A stretch of 61,007 bases of DNA, from contig JAATFW010000287.1 of the NCBI GenBank assembly GCA_015654985.1, positions 1-61,007 of the forward strand, read 5' to 3'. The position numbers were made by a program, and so were the translations under genes. The notes under the pieces are model-generated. The model made no database searches and was not told the origin of the DNA. It saw only the letters and a program-made list of their open reading frames with translations. Source of the DNA: Sphingobacteriales bacterium (GTDB lineage Bacteria; Bacteroidota; Bacteroidia; Sphingobacteriales; Sphingobacteriaceae). Below are positions 29,692-40,278 of the stretch, in pieces. Each line of letters starts with the position of its first letter. Within the stretch, counting starts at the first letter, position 1.

Positions 29692-31668
29692 CTAATCATA
29701 AAAATTCCACATCACCCCGAACTTGAATAAAGTGTTCGGCATGGGATAACGGTTTACAGTATAATATCCTTTTGATGTCAATCCCTGATTTGCATAATCA
29801 TAACGCACAAAAATATTGGCGCGTCTGAGAGAAAAACGTGCCCAGAGATCTACAATGGGATAGGAAGAATATTTCACCGCATAACCGTTGTAGAACTGAC
29901 TTACATTGATTGCATAGGAAGGAGCGGTAAAAACAGTGTTCATCCTTGCATCGAAACCCAGATTAGCCGTAAGGGCCTTTTTAAAAAAACTGTTACCATA
30001 ATAGAAGCTGTTATAGGTATAGAACTCAGGCGTCCTCAGCATATCCTGGTAATCGGTTTTCTGATAAACGGCAAAGCTCTCCAGGTTAAATTTACCAAAG
30101 CTGAATTTTTTGCTTACAGTAAGTTTCAGAAAGCTGATATTACTTCCCTCCTGCCTTGGTTCAATAACATTCGGAAAAGTAGTTTCCGCAAGGTAGAGGT
30201 AATTAGTGATCAGAAAGTATTCAGCTTTCGCATTTAACATGAATTTTGGATTGATATAGGCAAAAGAGAGATTATTAATTTTAGTTTTATCAAAACTATA
30301 ATCCCAGTTATGATAAGTATAATCCAGCCGGTCGTAAATCTGCTCAGGAGATTTATTCTGGGCATAAGCCCCCAACAGCACCCTGCCAACAGAGCTGCTC
30401 AGAAGAAACTGCACTTTGGCATCATAAAGGTAGTCGCCTGCGTTTCTCCCCTGTATAATCTGCTGGATATCGCCGTTAACAGAGACCCGGTCGCTAAAGC
30501 GGTAACCGAGATTCCCTTTAATGGTTATATTCTGAAAACTTGTTTTATAATCCATCTGCTGATAGTGGTACAGATCGTGCTGCAACCCCACATCAAGCTT
30601 CAGTTCATTCTTGATAAAGCTCAGCGAATGCCCCCGAAGATAAAAGCTGTACATAAATTCGTTCCGCAGATCTTTTACTACGGTAGAATCAGCGGCAACG
30701 GCAGCATCATTGGCAATGTCGGGAAACACATTATAAGGATCTGAATCATTTTTATAGAAACGGTAGAGATCGGACGAATAGCTTAATAAATGCGATATCC
30801 TCTGAGTTGGCAATATTTTAGAGGCGGGGTCCTTTGCTACGCTGTCTAGCCTGCCTATATAATAAAATTGTTTCAGGTAAAAGCCCTTTTGCTTCCATAG
30901 CTGCCTTGCCGGATCGCTGGTATTATTTAATCGTACCGTCTCTTCAGGCGCGCCAAGGGTACTTGGAGAAGTAAAGATGGAATCGTTGAGAACAGAACCG
31001 TTCTCTTCTGCCTTTAAAGTGTTAAAAAGTCCGTTTACCAAAATATTATATCTCTTTTTAGGCGATTCATACCAGGTAAAAACTGCGGCATTCAAATGAT
31101 CGGCATTTTGATTCCGGTATATTCCACGTGCACCAATGCGAAAATAATCGGCTCCGACATTCCAGTTCGGTTTAATATTCTGGGAATGGATCACCCTGAA
31201 AATTTGCTCTGCCTGAGTGCCGCTCACATAATACAGTGAAGTAAAGGGCGTACGGGCGCGGTAATACTTCAGGGAATCTTCCGTAAGGCGGTAAATATCC
31301 ATTGAGTGGAAGCCGGGGTCAAAACCAATACTCTTTGAGGGGTTAAAAAGCATCTCACGGTAGGGAGTGCCCAGATTGCCAAGGTTAACTGTAGGTCTTT
31401 CCGGCTGGTTCAAAACGTTATAATTGTGAAACCGGTTAAGGGTAGTATCAATAGGTATTGTTTGGGTACTATCTTTCAGAGCTCCAATAGTAGTGTACCT
31501 GATATATTTTGAATTAAAAATAACCGTATCGCGCGATTTTTCTTCCAGCTTTCTCAGCGAATCAAGATCAGCCCCTTCAACAGGAGTTACCGGTTCTTGT
31601 GCGAAAGCAACGCCCCGCACAAATAATAACAATACTCCTGTAAGTACAACTAAAAGATATTTCATCAA
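29692..31668 (-). CDS. putative porin (Porin_10-like)
   Basis: Signal peptide, NLGNLG, HSQNI, C-terminal FKFGVMWNFYD. Confidence 0.85.
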   Translation of the reverse strand: MMKYLLVVLTGVLLLFVRGVAFAQEPVTPVEGADLDSLRKLEEKSRDTVIFNSKYIRYTTIGALKDSTQTIPIDTTLNRFHNYNVLNQPERPTVNLGNLGTPYREMLFNPSKSIGFDPGFHSMDIYRLTEDSLKYYRARTPFTSLYYVSGTQAEQIFRVIHSQNIKPNWNVGADYFRIGARGIYRNQNADHLNAAVFTWYESPKKRYNILVNGLFNTLKAEENGSVLNDSIFTSPSTLGAPEETVRLNNTSDPARQLWKQKGFYLKQFYYIGRLDSVAKDPASKILPTQRISHLLSYSSDLYRFYKNDSDPYNVFPDIANDAAVAADSTVVKDLRNEFMYSFYLRGHSLSFIKNELKLDVGLQHDLYHYQQMDYKTSFQNITIKGNLGYRFSDRVSVNGDIQQIIQGRNAGDYLYDAKVQFLLSSSVGRVLLGAYAQNKSPEQIYDRLDYTYHNWDYSFDKTKINNLSFAYINPKFMLNAKAEYFLITNYLYLAETTFPNVIEPRQEGSNISFLKLTVSKKFSFGKFNLESFAVYQKTDYQDMLRTPEFYTYNSFYYGNSFFKKALTANLGFDARMNTVFTAPSYAINVSQFYNGYAVKYSSYPIVDLWARFSLRRANIFVRYDYANQGLTSKGYYTVNRYPMPNTLFKFGVMWNFYD

Positions 31669-31682
31669 AATTCTATCAATAT

Positions 31683-32498
31683 TTATAAAGAGGCCAGCAG
31701 CTCTTTTAATATAAGCGTCATTCTAGGTTCTGATTCCTGTGCAACCCTCACTATTTCGTCCACAGATACGGGTACCGGATTTTCGGGGAACCCTTCATCT
31801 GTTATAACAGAAACCGCAAAAACAGGGAGCCCCATATGGTTTGCCACAATTACTTCCGGAACCGTACTCATGCCAACCGCGTCACCGCCGATAATCCGGA
31901 GATATTTGTATTCAGCTCTTGTTTCCAGATTTGGGCCTGCAACAGACACATAAACGCCCTTATGGCATCTTATGTTATTGGCGGCAGCAATTTGAAGGGC
32001 CTTTTCTATCATTCCCTTGTTGTATGGTTCGCTCATATCAGGAAAGCGCGGGCCAAAATCGTCGTAATTTCTCCCCCGTAAGGGATTATCATGCTGCAAA
32101 TTAATATGATCATCAATGATCATCAGATCGCCCTTTTTTATTTCAGGGTTAAGAGATCCGCTGGCATTTGATACAAACAGATGTTTAATCCCCAAAGCCT
32201 TCATTACCCTTACCGGAAACGTGATCTGCTTCATATCGTATCCCTCGTAATAATGGAAGCGCCCCTGCATTGCCACTACCTTTTTTCCCTGCAGCATTCC
32301 AAAAATCAATCTGCCCGAATGAAACTCTACTGTAGAGATCGGGAAGTCGGGAATATTGGTGTACATCAGCTTGTGTTCTACCTGAATTTCGTTAACGAGG
32401 CCACCCAACCCGGTTCCGAGAATGATACCCACCTCAGGCTCAAAATCCCCGATACGTTTTTTTATATATTCAGTGGTACTGTAAATGTTCTGAAACAT
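31683..32498 (-). CDS. purine-nucleoside phosphorylase
   Basis: GIILGTGLG, QGRFHYYEG, GPNLETRAE, GMSTVPE. Confidence 0.95.
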   Translation of the reverse strand: MFQNIYSTTEYIKKRIGDFEPEVGIILGTGLGGLVNEIQVEHKLMYTNIPDFPISTVEFHSGRLIFGMLQGKKVVAMQGRFHYYEGYDMKQITFPVRVMKALGIKHLFVSNASGSLNPEIKKGDLMIIDDHINLQHDNPLRGRNYDDFGPRFPDMSEPYNKGMIEKALQIAAANNIRCHKGVYVSVAGPNLETRAEYKYLRIIGGDAVGMSTVPEVIVANHMGLPVFAVSVITDEGFPENPVPVSVDEIVRVAQESEPRMTLILKELLASL

Positions 32499-33531
32499 AA
32501 TTTTCTATTAAATTATCAAATTTTTGTGCGTCCGGCTCATGGATCTGTGCCCTTATGGGCAGATAATAAACCGGAAGAGCCGACAAAAGTTCAGCAAGTT
32601 CAGAAGCTTTCAATCTTTGAGCATCCTTTTCTGTTGTAATGATCAGTTTTTGTGCTGCTGCTTCACCATTAAAATCTTCTGCAAGTTTAGCAATATTTTT
32701 TGTGCTGAAGGGATGATGATCCGGGTAATCGTAATGCTTTATTTTGCAGCTGTATCCTTTAAGTTTTTCAAGCAGCGGAACCGGGTTTGCAATACCAGTG
32801 ATCAAAAAGACAGACACCTTCGAATTAAGCTCCGCAAGTTGCATTTCCTGTCCGGAGAACAGGGGTTCCAGGTTTCCGTAGCGAAGGAAAGAGAAAAATA
32901 ACGATTGATGTTTCAGGGGCTTTACCCTCAAAGCCAGGAGTGCTCTCTCTTCCATAGTCAGAGCCTCCGGTGTTTTTGTTATCACGATCATATCGGCCCT
33001 TTTCCTTCCGGCAAATGGTTCCCTGTAGTTTCCGGCAGGCAGAACCAGCATATAATCATGCACTCTGCTATAGTCAAAAAGCAGAATATTAAGTCCCGCC
33101 TTTACCGCCCGGTGCTGAAAAGCGTCGTCCAGCACGATCACATCGTGATTTTTCTGCAGCCGCTCGATCCCCTCCACCCGTTTTTCTGACACGGCAACCG
33201 TAATACCGGTAAACTTACGCCTGAACTGCAGGGGCTCGTCGCCGGCTTCAATGGCGGCATCTGTGGCGTTTACAAGGCGATAACCTTTAGTATTGCGGCC
33301 ATATCCCCTGCTTAATACCGCGAGTCTGTAACGGTCCTTGAGCAAGCGGATAATGAATTCTGCCATAGGGCTCTTTCCGGCACCTCCGGCAGCAAGATTC
33401 CCGATACTGATCACCGGAATATTAAAACTGCGCGATGAAAAGATACCAGTATCATAAGCCAGGTTTCTCAGTCTTATAATAACCCCATACAGCCACGAAA
33501 ACGGAAGCAAAAGAAGCCGCAGATATTGCAT
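32470..33531 (-). CDS. lpxK: tetraacyldisaccharide 4'-kinase
   Basis: IGNLAAGGAGKSP, LSRGYGR, GDEP, LDDAFQH, TTEKDA. Confidence 0.96.
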   Translation of the reverse strand: MQYLRLLLLPFSWLYGVIIRLRNLAYDTGIFSSRSFNIPVISIGNLAAGGAGKSPMAEFIIRLLKDRYRLAVLSRGYGRNTKGYRLVNATDAAIEAGDEPLQFRRKFTGITVAVSEKRVEGIERLQKNHDVIVLDDAFQHRAVKAGLNILLFDYSRVHDYMLVLPAGNYREPFAGRKRADMIVITKTPEALTMEERALLALRVKPLKHQSLFFSFLRYGNLEPLFSGQEMQLAELNSKVSVFLITGIANPVPLLEKLKGYSCKIKHYDYPDHHPFSTKNIAKLAEDFNGEAAAQKLIITTEKDAQRLKASELAELLSALPVYYLPIRAQIHEPDAQKFDNLIENYVSEHLQYH

Positions 33532-33569
33532 GCCATAAAAATAAGGAATTAGTAGTTCACATAAGGAGT

Positions 33570-34865
33570 TTATAGCTGATAAGTTAAGGAATGAGCTTCA
33601 TCCTCATTATGTGTTAATACTCCCATTGCACTTACCAGTGCAGCTTCAACAGTTCCTCCATGTGGTCCCTGATATGCCGCTTCCCCGGCAAAATACAACG
33701 TATCTTCTATAGGATCGAACACTCCGGTAGTGTCGGGAATTTCAATTGTCGGATAGGTATAGGCTCCCCTGGCAAATGCATGATCTGCCCAGTTACAAAC
33801 TTTCCAGGCCAGAAGCTCCGACTGCAGAGATGAAGCGCTCAGTCCAAAAATAGCGCTGAGAGACTGTAATGCTACCTTCAGGATCTGCTCATCCGAAGCA
33901 TCATGATAGATATTTGCATCGGGGCCTCCCAACCATCCTGTAAGCACAGGCACTCTGCGGGGCAATTGCGTCCACCACGTGGGGAATTTTTCTTCAGAAA
34001 AAATAAAGCCGGTATCGCTGCCCGCTGGTTTCTCCCAGAAGGGTTCCCTGAAGTGTAACACAACTTTAATTACAGGGCCGAATCCGATAGAAGCGATCTT
34101 CTCCATCCGGTCAGGCAGCGGGGGATTAAAAACAATGGAACCGGAAATACCTTCTTCCAGTTGTAAAACTCCAACCGGAACTGTGCTTATAAGCTTGCCG
34201 CAGGTAAAACTTTCTCCGGCAGAAGTAAACACTTCCACATCATCCCTGCTCCAGTTAACCCGGGTAACAACAGACTGAAGACGAATGTCGCATCCGTAAC
34301 AGATACACTCGCTGACCATAAAACTAATCAGGCTTGTATATCCTCCTTCCACACGGTATTGCTCGTCTTCATCCTGCTTCCATTCCTTCAGAAGGGCTAA
34401 GGCGCTCACTTTATCGGGATCGGCAGCATCAAATCCGCGCGCAAAACGCAGAACAGATTCTCTAAACCCACGGTATCTCTCTTCACCAAAATAGTTATTA
34501 AGAAAGGCAGACAAAGTCATGTCTTCCCTCAATAAACTGAGTTTTTCAATCAGTGAGGGCCAGTGTTCGTCGCCGTCCTGACCATCAATGGGTTTCCCCT
34601 GGTACATTTTTACACTTCTGCCTTCTACGGGATAATAATGAATCCCGGCTTCTTTTAACAGAGAGAGGGTGAAGGGCAATTTACCATGAATAAATTCGGC
34701 CCCCAGCAACACAGGAGAAGGGAATGCCGGGTCGTACACATCCCATATTCTCCCTCCGCATCTGTCGCCGGCTTCGAGTATAATTACCTCGTTCCCCGCT
34801 CTGGAAAGTTCGCGGCCAGCCATTAAGCCTGCCGCACCGGCACCTATGATAATAATCTTTGACAT
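33570..34865 (-). CDS. flavin monoamine oxidase family protein
   Basis: GAGAAG, EAGDRCGGRI, GAEFIHG, FAGEA...GTVEAAL. Confidence 0.92.
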   Translation of the reverse strand: MSKIIIIGAGAAGLMAGRELSRAGNEVIILEAGDRCGGRIWDVYDPAFPSPVLLGAEFIHGKLPFTLSLLKEAGIHYYPVEGRSVKMYQGKPIDGQDGDEHWPSLIEKLSLLREDMTLSAFLNNYFGEERYRGFRESVLRFARGFDAADPDKVSALALLKEWKQDEDEQYRVEGGYTSLISFMVSECICYGCDIRLQSVVTRVNWSRDDVEVFTSAGESFTCGKLISTVPVGVLQLEEGISGSIVFNPPLPDRMEKIASIGFGPVIKVVLHFREPFWEKPAGSDTGFIFSEEKFPTWWTQLPRRVPVLTGWLGGPDANIYHDASDEQILKVALQSLSAIFGLSASSLQSELLAWKVCNWADHAFARGAYTYPTIEIPDTTGVFDPIEDTLYFAGEAAYQGPHGGTVEAALVSAMGVLTHNEDEAHSLTYQL

Positions 34866-34877
34866 TTATATAATAAC

Positions 34878-35033
34878 AAACTTAAATAAACTTGTTTTTA
34901 TATACAAGTTCATCTAAACTGCATATAAAATAAGCTTATTCACCATATTATTTATTTTTAAAGGTGTTCATGAGTGCTTACGCTTTGCCGGTCTCTCATC
35001 TTCCTTTGAAGAACAGTTTTATAGATGGAATTT
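34878..35033 (+). repeat. ~155-bp dispersed element, full copy
   Basis: Aligns end to end with the reverse complement of 51291-51445. Confidence 0.85.
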
Positions 35034-35184
35034 ATTAATAAAACAGGAAAATAGTACAAAGAGTTTAACTATGAATGCGATGTTCAGAATGCAACAGGTT
35101 GAGCACCTTTTGAAAGCCCTTAAGTTAAAGCCCTTCCGGGAGCATTATTTACCTTATCTTTGCTCTCAAATCCAATAAGAATAA

Positions 35185-36486
35185 ATGATCAAGCAAGCGC
35201 TTCTGAACCTGAAAATAAACGCACTGAACGAAATGCAGCAAACCGCGCTCAGCGCAGCAAAAAAAAGCGATGTGATCCTGCTTTCGCCTACAGGTTCCGG
35301 AAAAACGCTGGGGTTTTTATTGCCTTTACTCAGTCTGCTTGATTCAACTATACCAACCGTGCAGGTATTGATACTGGTGCCTTCAAGAGAGCTGGCTTTA
35401 CAGATCGAACAGGTTTTCAGAACGATGGGCAGTGGCTTTAAAGTGAACTGCTGTTATGGCGGACACCCCGTAAAAACAGAAGTAAATAACCTCTCGCAGC
35501 CGCCCGCGGTGCTGATCGGGACGCCGGGGCGCATTGCCCACCATCTGCGTAAAGGAAATTTCAGCACAGCTACTATCCACACCCTGATACTGGATGAGTT
35601 TGATAAATCGCTGGAGTTTGGGTTTCAGGAGGAGATGACTTATATCATCAGGCAACTGCCTTCTGTAAAAAAACGGATGCTTACATCGGCGACAAAAATG
35701 AAGGAGATCCCTGACTTTACAGGCATGGTAAAGCCGGCAGAGCTCGATTATCTTAACAGTGCCGCTTCTGCCCCTGACATTAAGCAAAAGATGGTTATAT
35801 CTGAAGCCGCAGATAAGCTCGACACCCTGTTTGCCCTTATCTGCAAGATCGGTGACCAGGCTACCCTTGTTTTCTGTAATCACCGTGAAGCTGTTGAACG
35901 CATCAGCGATCTGCTGTGGGACAGGGGATTACCGCACGATATTTTCCATGGCGGCATGGAACAGGAAGACCGCGAACGGGCGCTGCTGAAATTCAGGAAC
36001 GGAAGTCACCGCCTGCTGATCACTACAGATCTGGCCTCGCGCGGACTCGACGTCCCCGAAATTGAGCACATCGTGCATTACCAGTTGCCGCATACGGAGG
36101 AAGCCTATTTACACCGCAACGGACGTACGGCACGGATGCATGCCAAAGGCACCTCTTACCTGATCCTTAACCGGGATGAAAAACCCGATTATTTAGAAGA
36201 ACTGCCGGAAACTGAGGAGCTGCCGGAAAATCCCGTACTGCCAAAACCCTCTCCCTGGGCTACGCTTTATATTGCTGCCGGAAAAAAAGACAAAGTAAAC
36301 AAAATGGATATAGTTGGTTTATTATGTAAAAAAGGCGGGCTCGGCAAAGACGATATTGGACTGATAGAGGTACTGGACCGTTCGTCGTATGCAGCCGTAA
36401 AACGTAACAGCATTGAGCGCGCCGTACAGTTAATAAAGGCCGAAAAAATAAAGAACAGGAAAGTTAAAATAGAGATTTCAAAATAA
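35185..36486 (+). CDS. DEAD-box RNA helicase with DbpA-type C-terminal domain
   Basis: PTGSGKT, PSRELA, DEFD, SAT, HRNGRTAR, GKKDKVNKMDIVG. Confidence 0.93.
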   Translation: MIKQALLNLKINALNEMQQTALSAAKKSDVILLSPTGSGKTLGFLLPLLSLLDSTIPTVQVLILVPSRELALQIEQVFRTMGSGFKVNCCYGGHPVKTEVNNLSQPPAVLIGTPGRIAHHLRKGNFSTATIHTLILDEFDKSLEFGFQEEMTYIIRQLPSVKKRMLTSATKMKEIPDFTGMVKPAELDYLNSAASAPDIKQKMVISEAADKLDTLFALICKIGDQATLVFCNHREAVERISDLLWDRGLPHDIFHGGMEQEDRERALLKFRNGSHRLLITTDLASRGLDVPEIEHIVHYQLPHTEEAYLHRNGRTARMHAKGTSYLILNRDEKPDYLEELPETEELPENPVLPKPSPWATLYIAAGKKDKVNKMDIVGLLCKKGGLGKDDIGLIEVLDRSSYAAVKRNSIERAVQLIKAEKIKNRKVKIEISK

Positions 36487-36504
36487 TTACAAAAACATAT
36501 CACC

Positions 36505-36726
36505 ATGAGCAATAATGATATCATGAAGAAGCTTCGGGTAGCTTTAAAATTTACGGATGATGATATTGTAAAAGTGTTGGAACTGGCCAATTTCAGGACC
36601 ACAAAGACAGAAATAAGCGCCATCTTCCGCAAAGATGATCATCCGAATTTTAAACCATGCGGCGACCAGATCCTCCGGAATTTTCTGAACGGGCTGATTA
36701 TCCACATGCGGGGGCCAAGAACGTAA
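36505..36726 (+). CDS. DUF1456 protein
   Basis: NNDIMKKLRVAL...CGDQILRNFLNGLI..RG. Confidence 0.88.
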   Translation: MSNNDIMKKLRVALKFTDDDIVKVLELANFRTTKTEISAIFRKDDHPNFKPCGDQILRNFLNGLIIHMRGPRT

Positions 36727-36882
36727 ACTATATTTTTATTGAGGCTGATAAGGGTACCCGCGGTACCCTGCCTGCATATTTATTCATTATAAAGACGGTT
36801 TTGATGAAGAAGTAAATTTCTTCCCGATCAATCCAATGGCCCGCTATAAAATAGCGTTGCAATAACAACAGTTTTTGTACCA

Positions 36883-38178
36883 CTACCAGCTTAGTTGTAC
36901 AGGACTGCCATACTTAACAGATTCCTGGTTTATAAAGTTATTAAAGCCCGCTTCCGTACTGAAGCGCGGATCGCTTTTTTCCCATGCTGAGTAAAACCTG
37001 AATTCCGGGCTTTTTTCCGGAGAGACCTTCATAGAAACATAAAAGGTATTTTTTATATCTGTGCCTTCATTGGGCGTTGTACCGGTCCCGTCAAAACAGG
37101 CGGGTGGAGTAAGTATAGCCATACCCAGTTTGTCTTTATTCTCAGATTGCAGGTCGTACGTATAAATACCCCTGGCTCCGCCGCTGACAGGGGTAGTGAA
37201 TTTTTTGCTGTAAAGGTTAACAATTCCGCTTACAAGTTTTGCATCCGCCGGGGCATTCTTTACGCTGACCTTGCTTTCATAAAAGTATTGTCCCCCGCTG
37301 ATACTTATTTCTTCTGTTAAATTAACTGCAGGATAATTTTCAAGGGCTTTCCATTGAGGATAATGCATACGAAAAATCGCCCTTACCGGGCCATCAGCTA
37401 CTTTTTCATAATAAACGGGACCCATATTTGCTCCTCCAAGCCGCACCAGCGTATCTTTTTGCCCGGCTAAAGGGACTGACAACGCCAGAGAACCGGCGCC
37501 CAGCGATTTACCAACAGCCAGGATATCCATTCCCCAGTACGCCAGGTGATGATAAATTACGTTAGGATCTGCCCCTACCGTGTCAAGCACCATCTTCGGG
37601 GTGGTTTTACCCCAGATATCCTTTGTGTTGCGTACATCAAAATAAATGCGGAAACCAACTTTATCGTTTTCCCATGCGGGACCTTCTGTCAGGAACGGCG
37701 GCAGCTCTTGTTTAGAAAAGTCGGTATTAGGCTGATCTGCCGGAATACTGTCTTTTTCGAGGGAAGGGCCAAATGTATCATCAGCATTCTTTCTTTGCTG
37801 ACGGACATGTGCCCTTACAACTGCTTTTCCAATGATTCTATTGGTTACCGATACAGAAAAAGGGGCCTTCTCTCCGGGTTTAAAGGAGTATAGAAAGGCG
37901 GCCTCATCCCACTTACCATCTTTGTTCATATCATCGAACTGAACGATTACAGGCGCCTGGGCTTTACCTTTAATGTTTATAAAACTGCCATCCGGTATTT
38001 TGCCAAGCTTTTCTTCAAGAGTTCTTCTTGTAAGTATTACCAGCTCATCCTGCCGGTTAACAGAAGCTGTATTGCTTATGAAGAATTGCCGGGTACCCTG
38101 GGCAAATATACCTTCGGATGCCGGGGCTAATAGTACGATTGCTAAAAATGTGAATGACGATTTTATAAATAACTTCAT
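36883..38178 (-). CDS. DUF4861 secreted protein
   Basis: AWENDKVGFRIY, DIWGK, WGMDILAVGKSLGAG, GPVRAIF. Confidence 0.8.
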   Translation of the reverse strand: MKLFIKSSFTFLAIVLLAPASEGIFAQGTRQFFISNTASVNRQDELVILTRRTLEEKLGKIPDGSFINIKGKAQAPVIVQFDDMNKDGKWDEAAFLYSFKPGEKAPFSVSVTNRIIGKAVVRAHVRQQRKNADDTFGPSLEKDSIPADQPNTDFSKQELPPFLTEGPAWENDKVGFRIYFDVRNTKDIWGKTTPKMVLDTVGADPNVIYHHLAYWGMDILAVGKSLGAGSLALSVPLAGQKDTLVRLGGANMGPVYYEKVADGPVRAIFRMHYPQWKALENYPAVNLTEEISISGGQYFYESKVSVKNAPADAKLVSGIVNLYSKKFTTPVSGGARGIYTYDLQSENKDKLGMAILTPPACFDGTGTTPNEGTDIKNTFYVSMKVSPEKSPEFRFYSAWEKSDPRFSTEAGFNNFINQESVKYGSPVQLSW

Positions 38179-38357
38179 AACTACGTTCGTAAGCTGGTCT
38201 GATAATAAAAAAGCTTTCCTGGTTTAATAATCAAAGATGAAGCTTTATACTCATAAACAAATGTAAATATTATGTTTCAAAAGTACGTTTCCCGGTGGCT
38301 GAAAGGTATGAGCATACGTTTCAAAATGGTATCTTTGCCCCTCTAAGATTTTGATTT

Positions 38358-39992
38358 ATGACAAAGGGTTTTTTTAATGTACCTATGCCGGTAAATGAAC
38401 CGGTTTTAAGTTATGCCCCGGGAAGCCGTGAGCGTTCCTTATTAAAGGAAGCTATTTCTACAGCATATGCAGAACAGGTTGATATCCCGATGTATATCGG
38501 AGGCAGGGAAGTCCGCACCGGGAAAAAGGCCGAAATAAGGCCTCCCCATAACCTTCAGCATGTAATTGGCTGGTATCACCAGGGAGATAAAAGCCATGTA
38601 CAGGAAGCGATTGATGCAGCTCTTGCTGCAAAAGAAGCATGGGAAGCGCTTGCATGGGAACAGCGTGCAGCTATTTTTCTTAAAGCAGCAGACCTGATCG
38701 CCGGCCCTTACCGTTATAAAATAAATGCGGCTACCATGCTGGGACAGTCAAAAAACGCCTATCAGGCGGAAATAGACTCAGCATGCGAACTGATAGATTT
38801 TCTCCGTTTCAACGTGAAATGTATGACGGAGATCTATGCCCAGCAACCCCCGATCTCCCCCGTGGGAATCTGGAACCGGCTGGAGCAGCGTCCGTTGGAA
38901 GGCTTCGTTTTCGCCCTTACTCCGTTTAATTTTACTGCTATTTCGGGGAACCTGCCATCATCTGCTGCCCTCATGGGCAATGTGGTGGTATGGAAGCCTT
39001 CTAACGCCCAGATCTTCTCGGCAAGGGTAATTATGGAAGCTTTCATGGAAGCGGGACTGCCTGCCGGGGTTATTAACCTGGTATATGTTTCAGGGCCTGA
39101 TGCGGGAGAGGTAATTTTCAATCATCCTGATTTCGCCGGAATCCATTTTACGGGATCGACTGCTGTATTTCAGAATATCTGGAAAACGATCGGGAATAAT
39201 ATTCATAAATATAAAAGCTATCCCCGGATTGTAGGCGAAACCGGCGGCAAGGATTATATTCTCGTACATGGCTCAGCAGACGTAAAGGTGGCTGCTACTG
39301 CCATTGTAAGAGGCGCATTTGAATACCAGGGACAGAAATGTTCGGCAGCTTCAAGGGTATATGTTGCCGAATCTGTATGGCCTGCAATAAAAGAGCTGAT
39401 ACAAAAGGATCTCAAATCTCTTAAAATGGGCCCCGTAGAAGATTTCAGTAATTTTATTAATGCCGTTATTGATGAAAAAGCTTTTGATAAACTGTCGAAA
39501 GCGATTGATGAAGCGAAAGCCGATACCAGCCTGGAAGTAATTGCAGGCGGGAACTATGATAAATCAAAAGGATATTTTATTGAGCCTACTGTAATTGTAA
39601 CAAAGGATCCCTATTATATTACCATGTGTGAAGAACTGTTCGGGCCGGTGCTGACAGTACATGTGTATAAAGATGAGGAGTTTGAAAAAACATTGGAAGT
39701 AGTGGATAAAACTTCCATATATGCTTTAACGGGCGCTGTAATTGCTAATGATCGCTATGTTATTGAAAAAGCTACTTATGCACTGCGCAATTCTGCCGGC
39801 AATTTTTATATTAATGATAAATGTACGGGTGCGGTAGTGGGCCAGCAGCCTTTTGGCGGTTCCAGGGGATCGGGTACCAATGACAAAGCCGGCTCTATAG
39901 TTAACCTGCTGCGCTGGGTTTCACCGAGAGCGATTAAGGAGACTTTAAGTCCTGCGAAGGATTACAGGTATCCTTTCCATGAGGAAGATTAA
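38358..39992 (+). CDS. pruA: L-glutamate gamma-semialdehyde (P5C) dehydrogenase
   Basis: NEPVLSYAPGS, FTGST, ETGGK, GQKCSA, EELFGP, FGGSRGSGTNDK. Confidence 0.96.
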   Translation: MTKGFFNVPMPVNEPVLSYAPGSRERSLLKEAISTAYAEQVDIPMYIGGREVRTGKKAEIRPPHNLQHVIGWYHQGDKSHVQEAIDAALAAKEAWEALAWEQRAAIFLKAADLIAGPYRYKINAATMLGQSKNAYQAEIDSACELIDFLRFNVKCMTEIYAQQPPISPVGIWNRLEQRPLEGFVFALTPFNFTAISGNLPSSAALMGNVVVWKPSNAQIFSARVIMEAFMEAGLPAGVINLVYVSGPDAGEVIFNHPDFAGIHFTGSTAVFQNIWKTIGNNIHKYKSYPRIVGETGGKDYILVHGSADVKVAATAIVRGAFEYQGQKCSAASRVYVAESVWPAIKELIQKDLKSLKMGPVEDFSNFINAVIDEKAFDKLSKAIDEAKADTSLEVIAGGNYDKSKGYFIEPTVIVTKDPYYITMCEELFGPVLTVHVYKDEEFEKTLEVVDKTSIYALTGAVIANDRYVIEKATYALRNSAGNFYINDKCTGAVVGQQPFGGSRGSGTNDKAGSIVNLLRWVSPRAIKETLSPAKDYRYPFHEED

Positions 39993-40016
39993 CCTCCACC
40001 CTTCACCACCCCAAAA

Positions 40017-40110
40017 GTTTCTTTCATTGTTCTTTCATTCGGCTTCCGAAGTTCTTTCATGCGCAATGAAAGAACTTCGGAAGAACGATGGTCGCCGCAT
40101 GGGAAAACAG
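40017..40110. repeat. 11-mer periodic repeats with a perfect 18-bp hairpin
   Basis: ttctttcat units ending at 40027, 40038 and 40060; cttccgaagttctttcat-gcgca-atgaaagaacttcggaag at 40043-40083. Confidence 0.85.
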
Positions 40111-40198
40111 GCGAACAATGAGGCCGTATGGGTCGGCCTTAGGGCGGATATGCAACGGCTGTAACATCAGCGTTTTTTTTAATAAAGTGCCTTTTTAC

Positions 40199-40278
40199 GG
40201 ACAGACCAGGACAAATTCAGCCAAATACGGACAAATCGGGACAATTTGGGTCAAACCGCGACAAATTGGGACATCAGC
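40199..40278 (+). repeat. 8 x 10-bp phased GGACAAAT array
   Basis: ggacagacca ggacaaattc agccaaatac ggacaaatcg ggacaatttg ggtcaaaccg cgacaaattg ggacatcagc. Confidence 0.85.

Noticed and set aside
40017-40278. CRISPR array
   Set aside because: Units are 10-11 bp with no spacers, and there are no cas genes.
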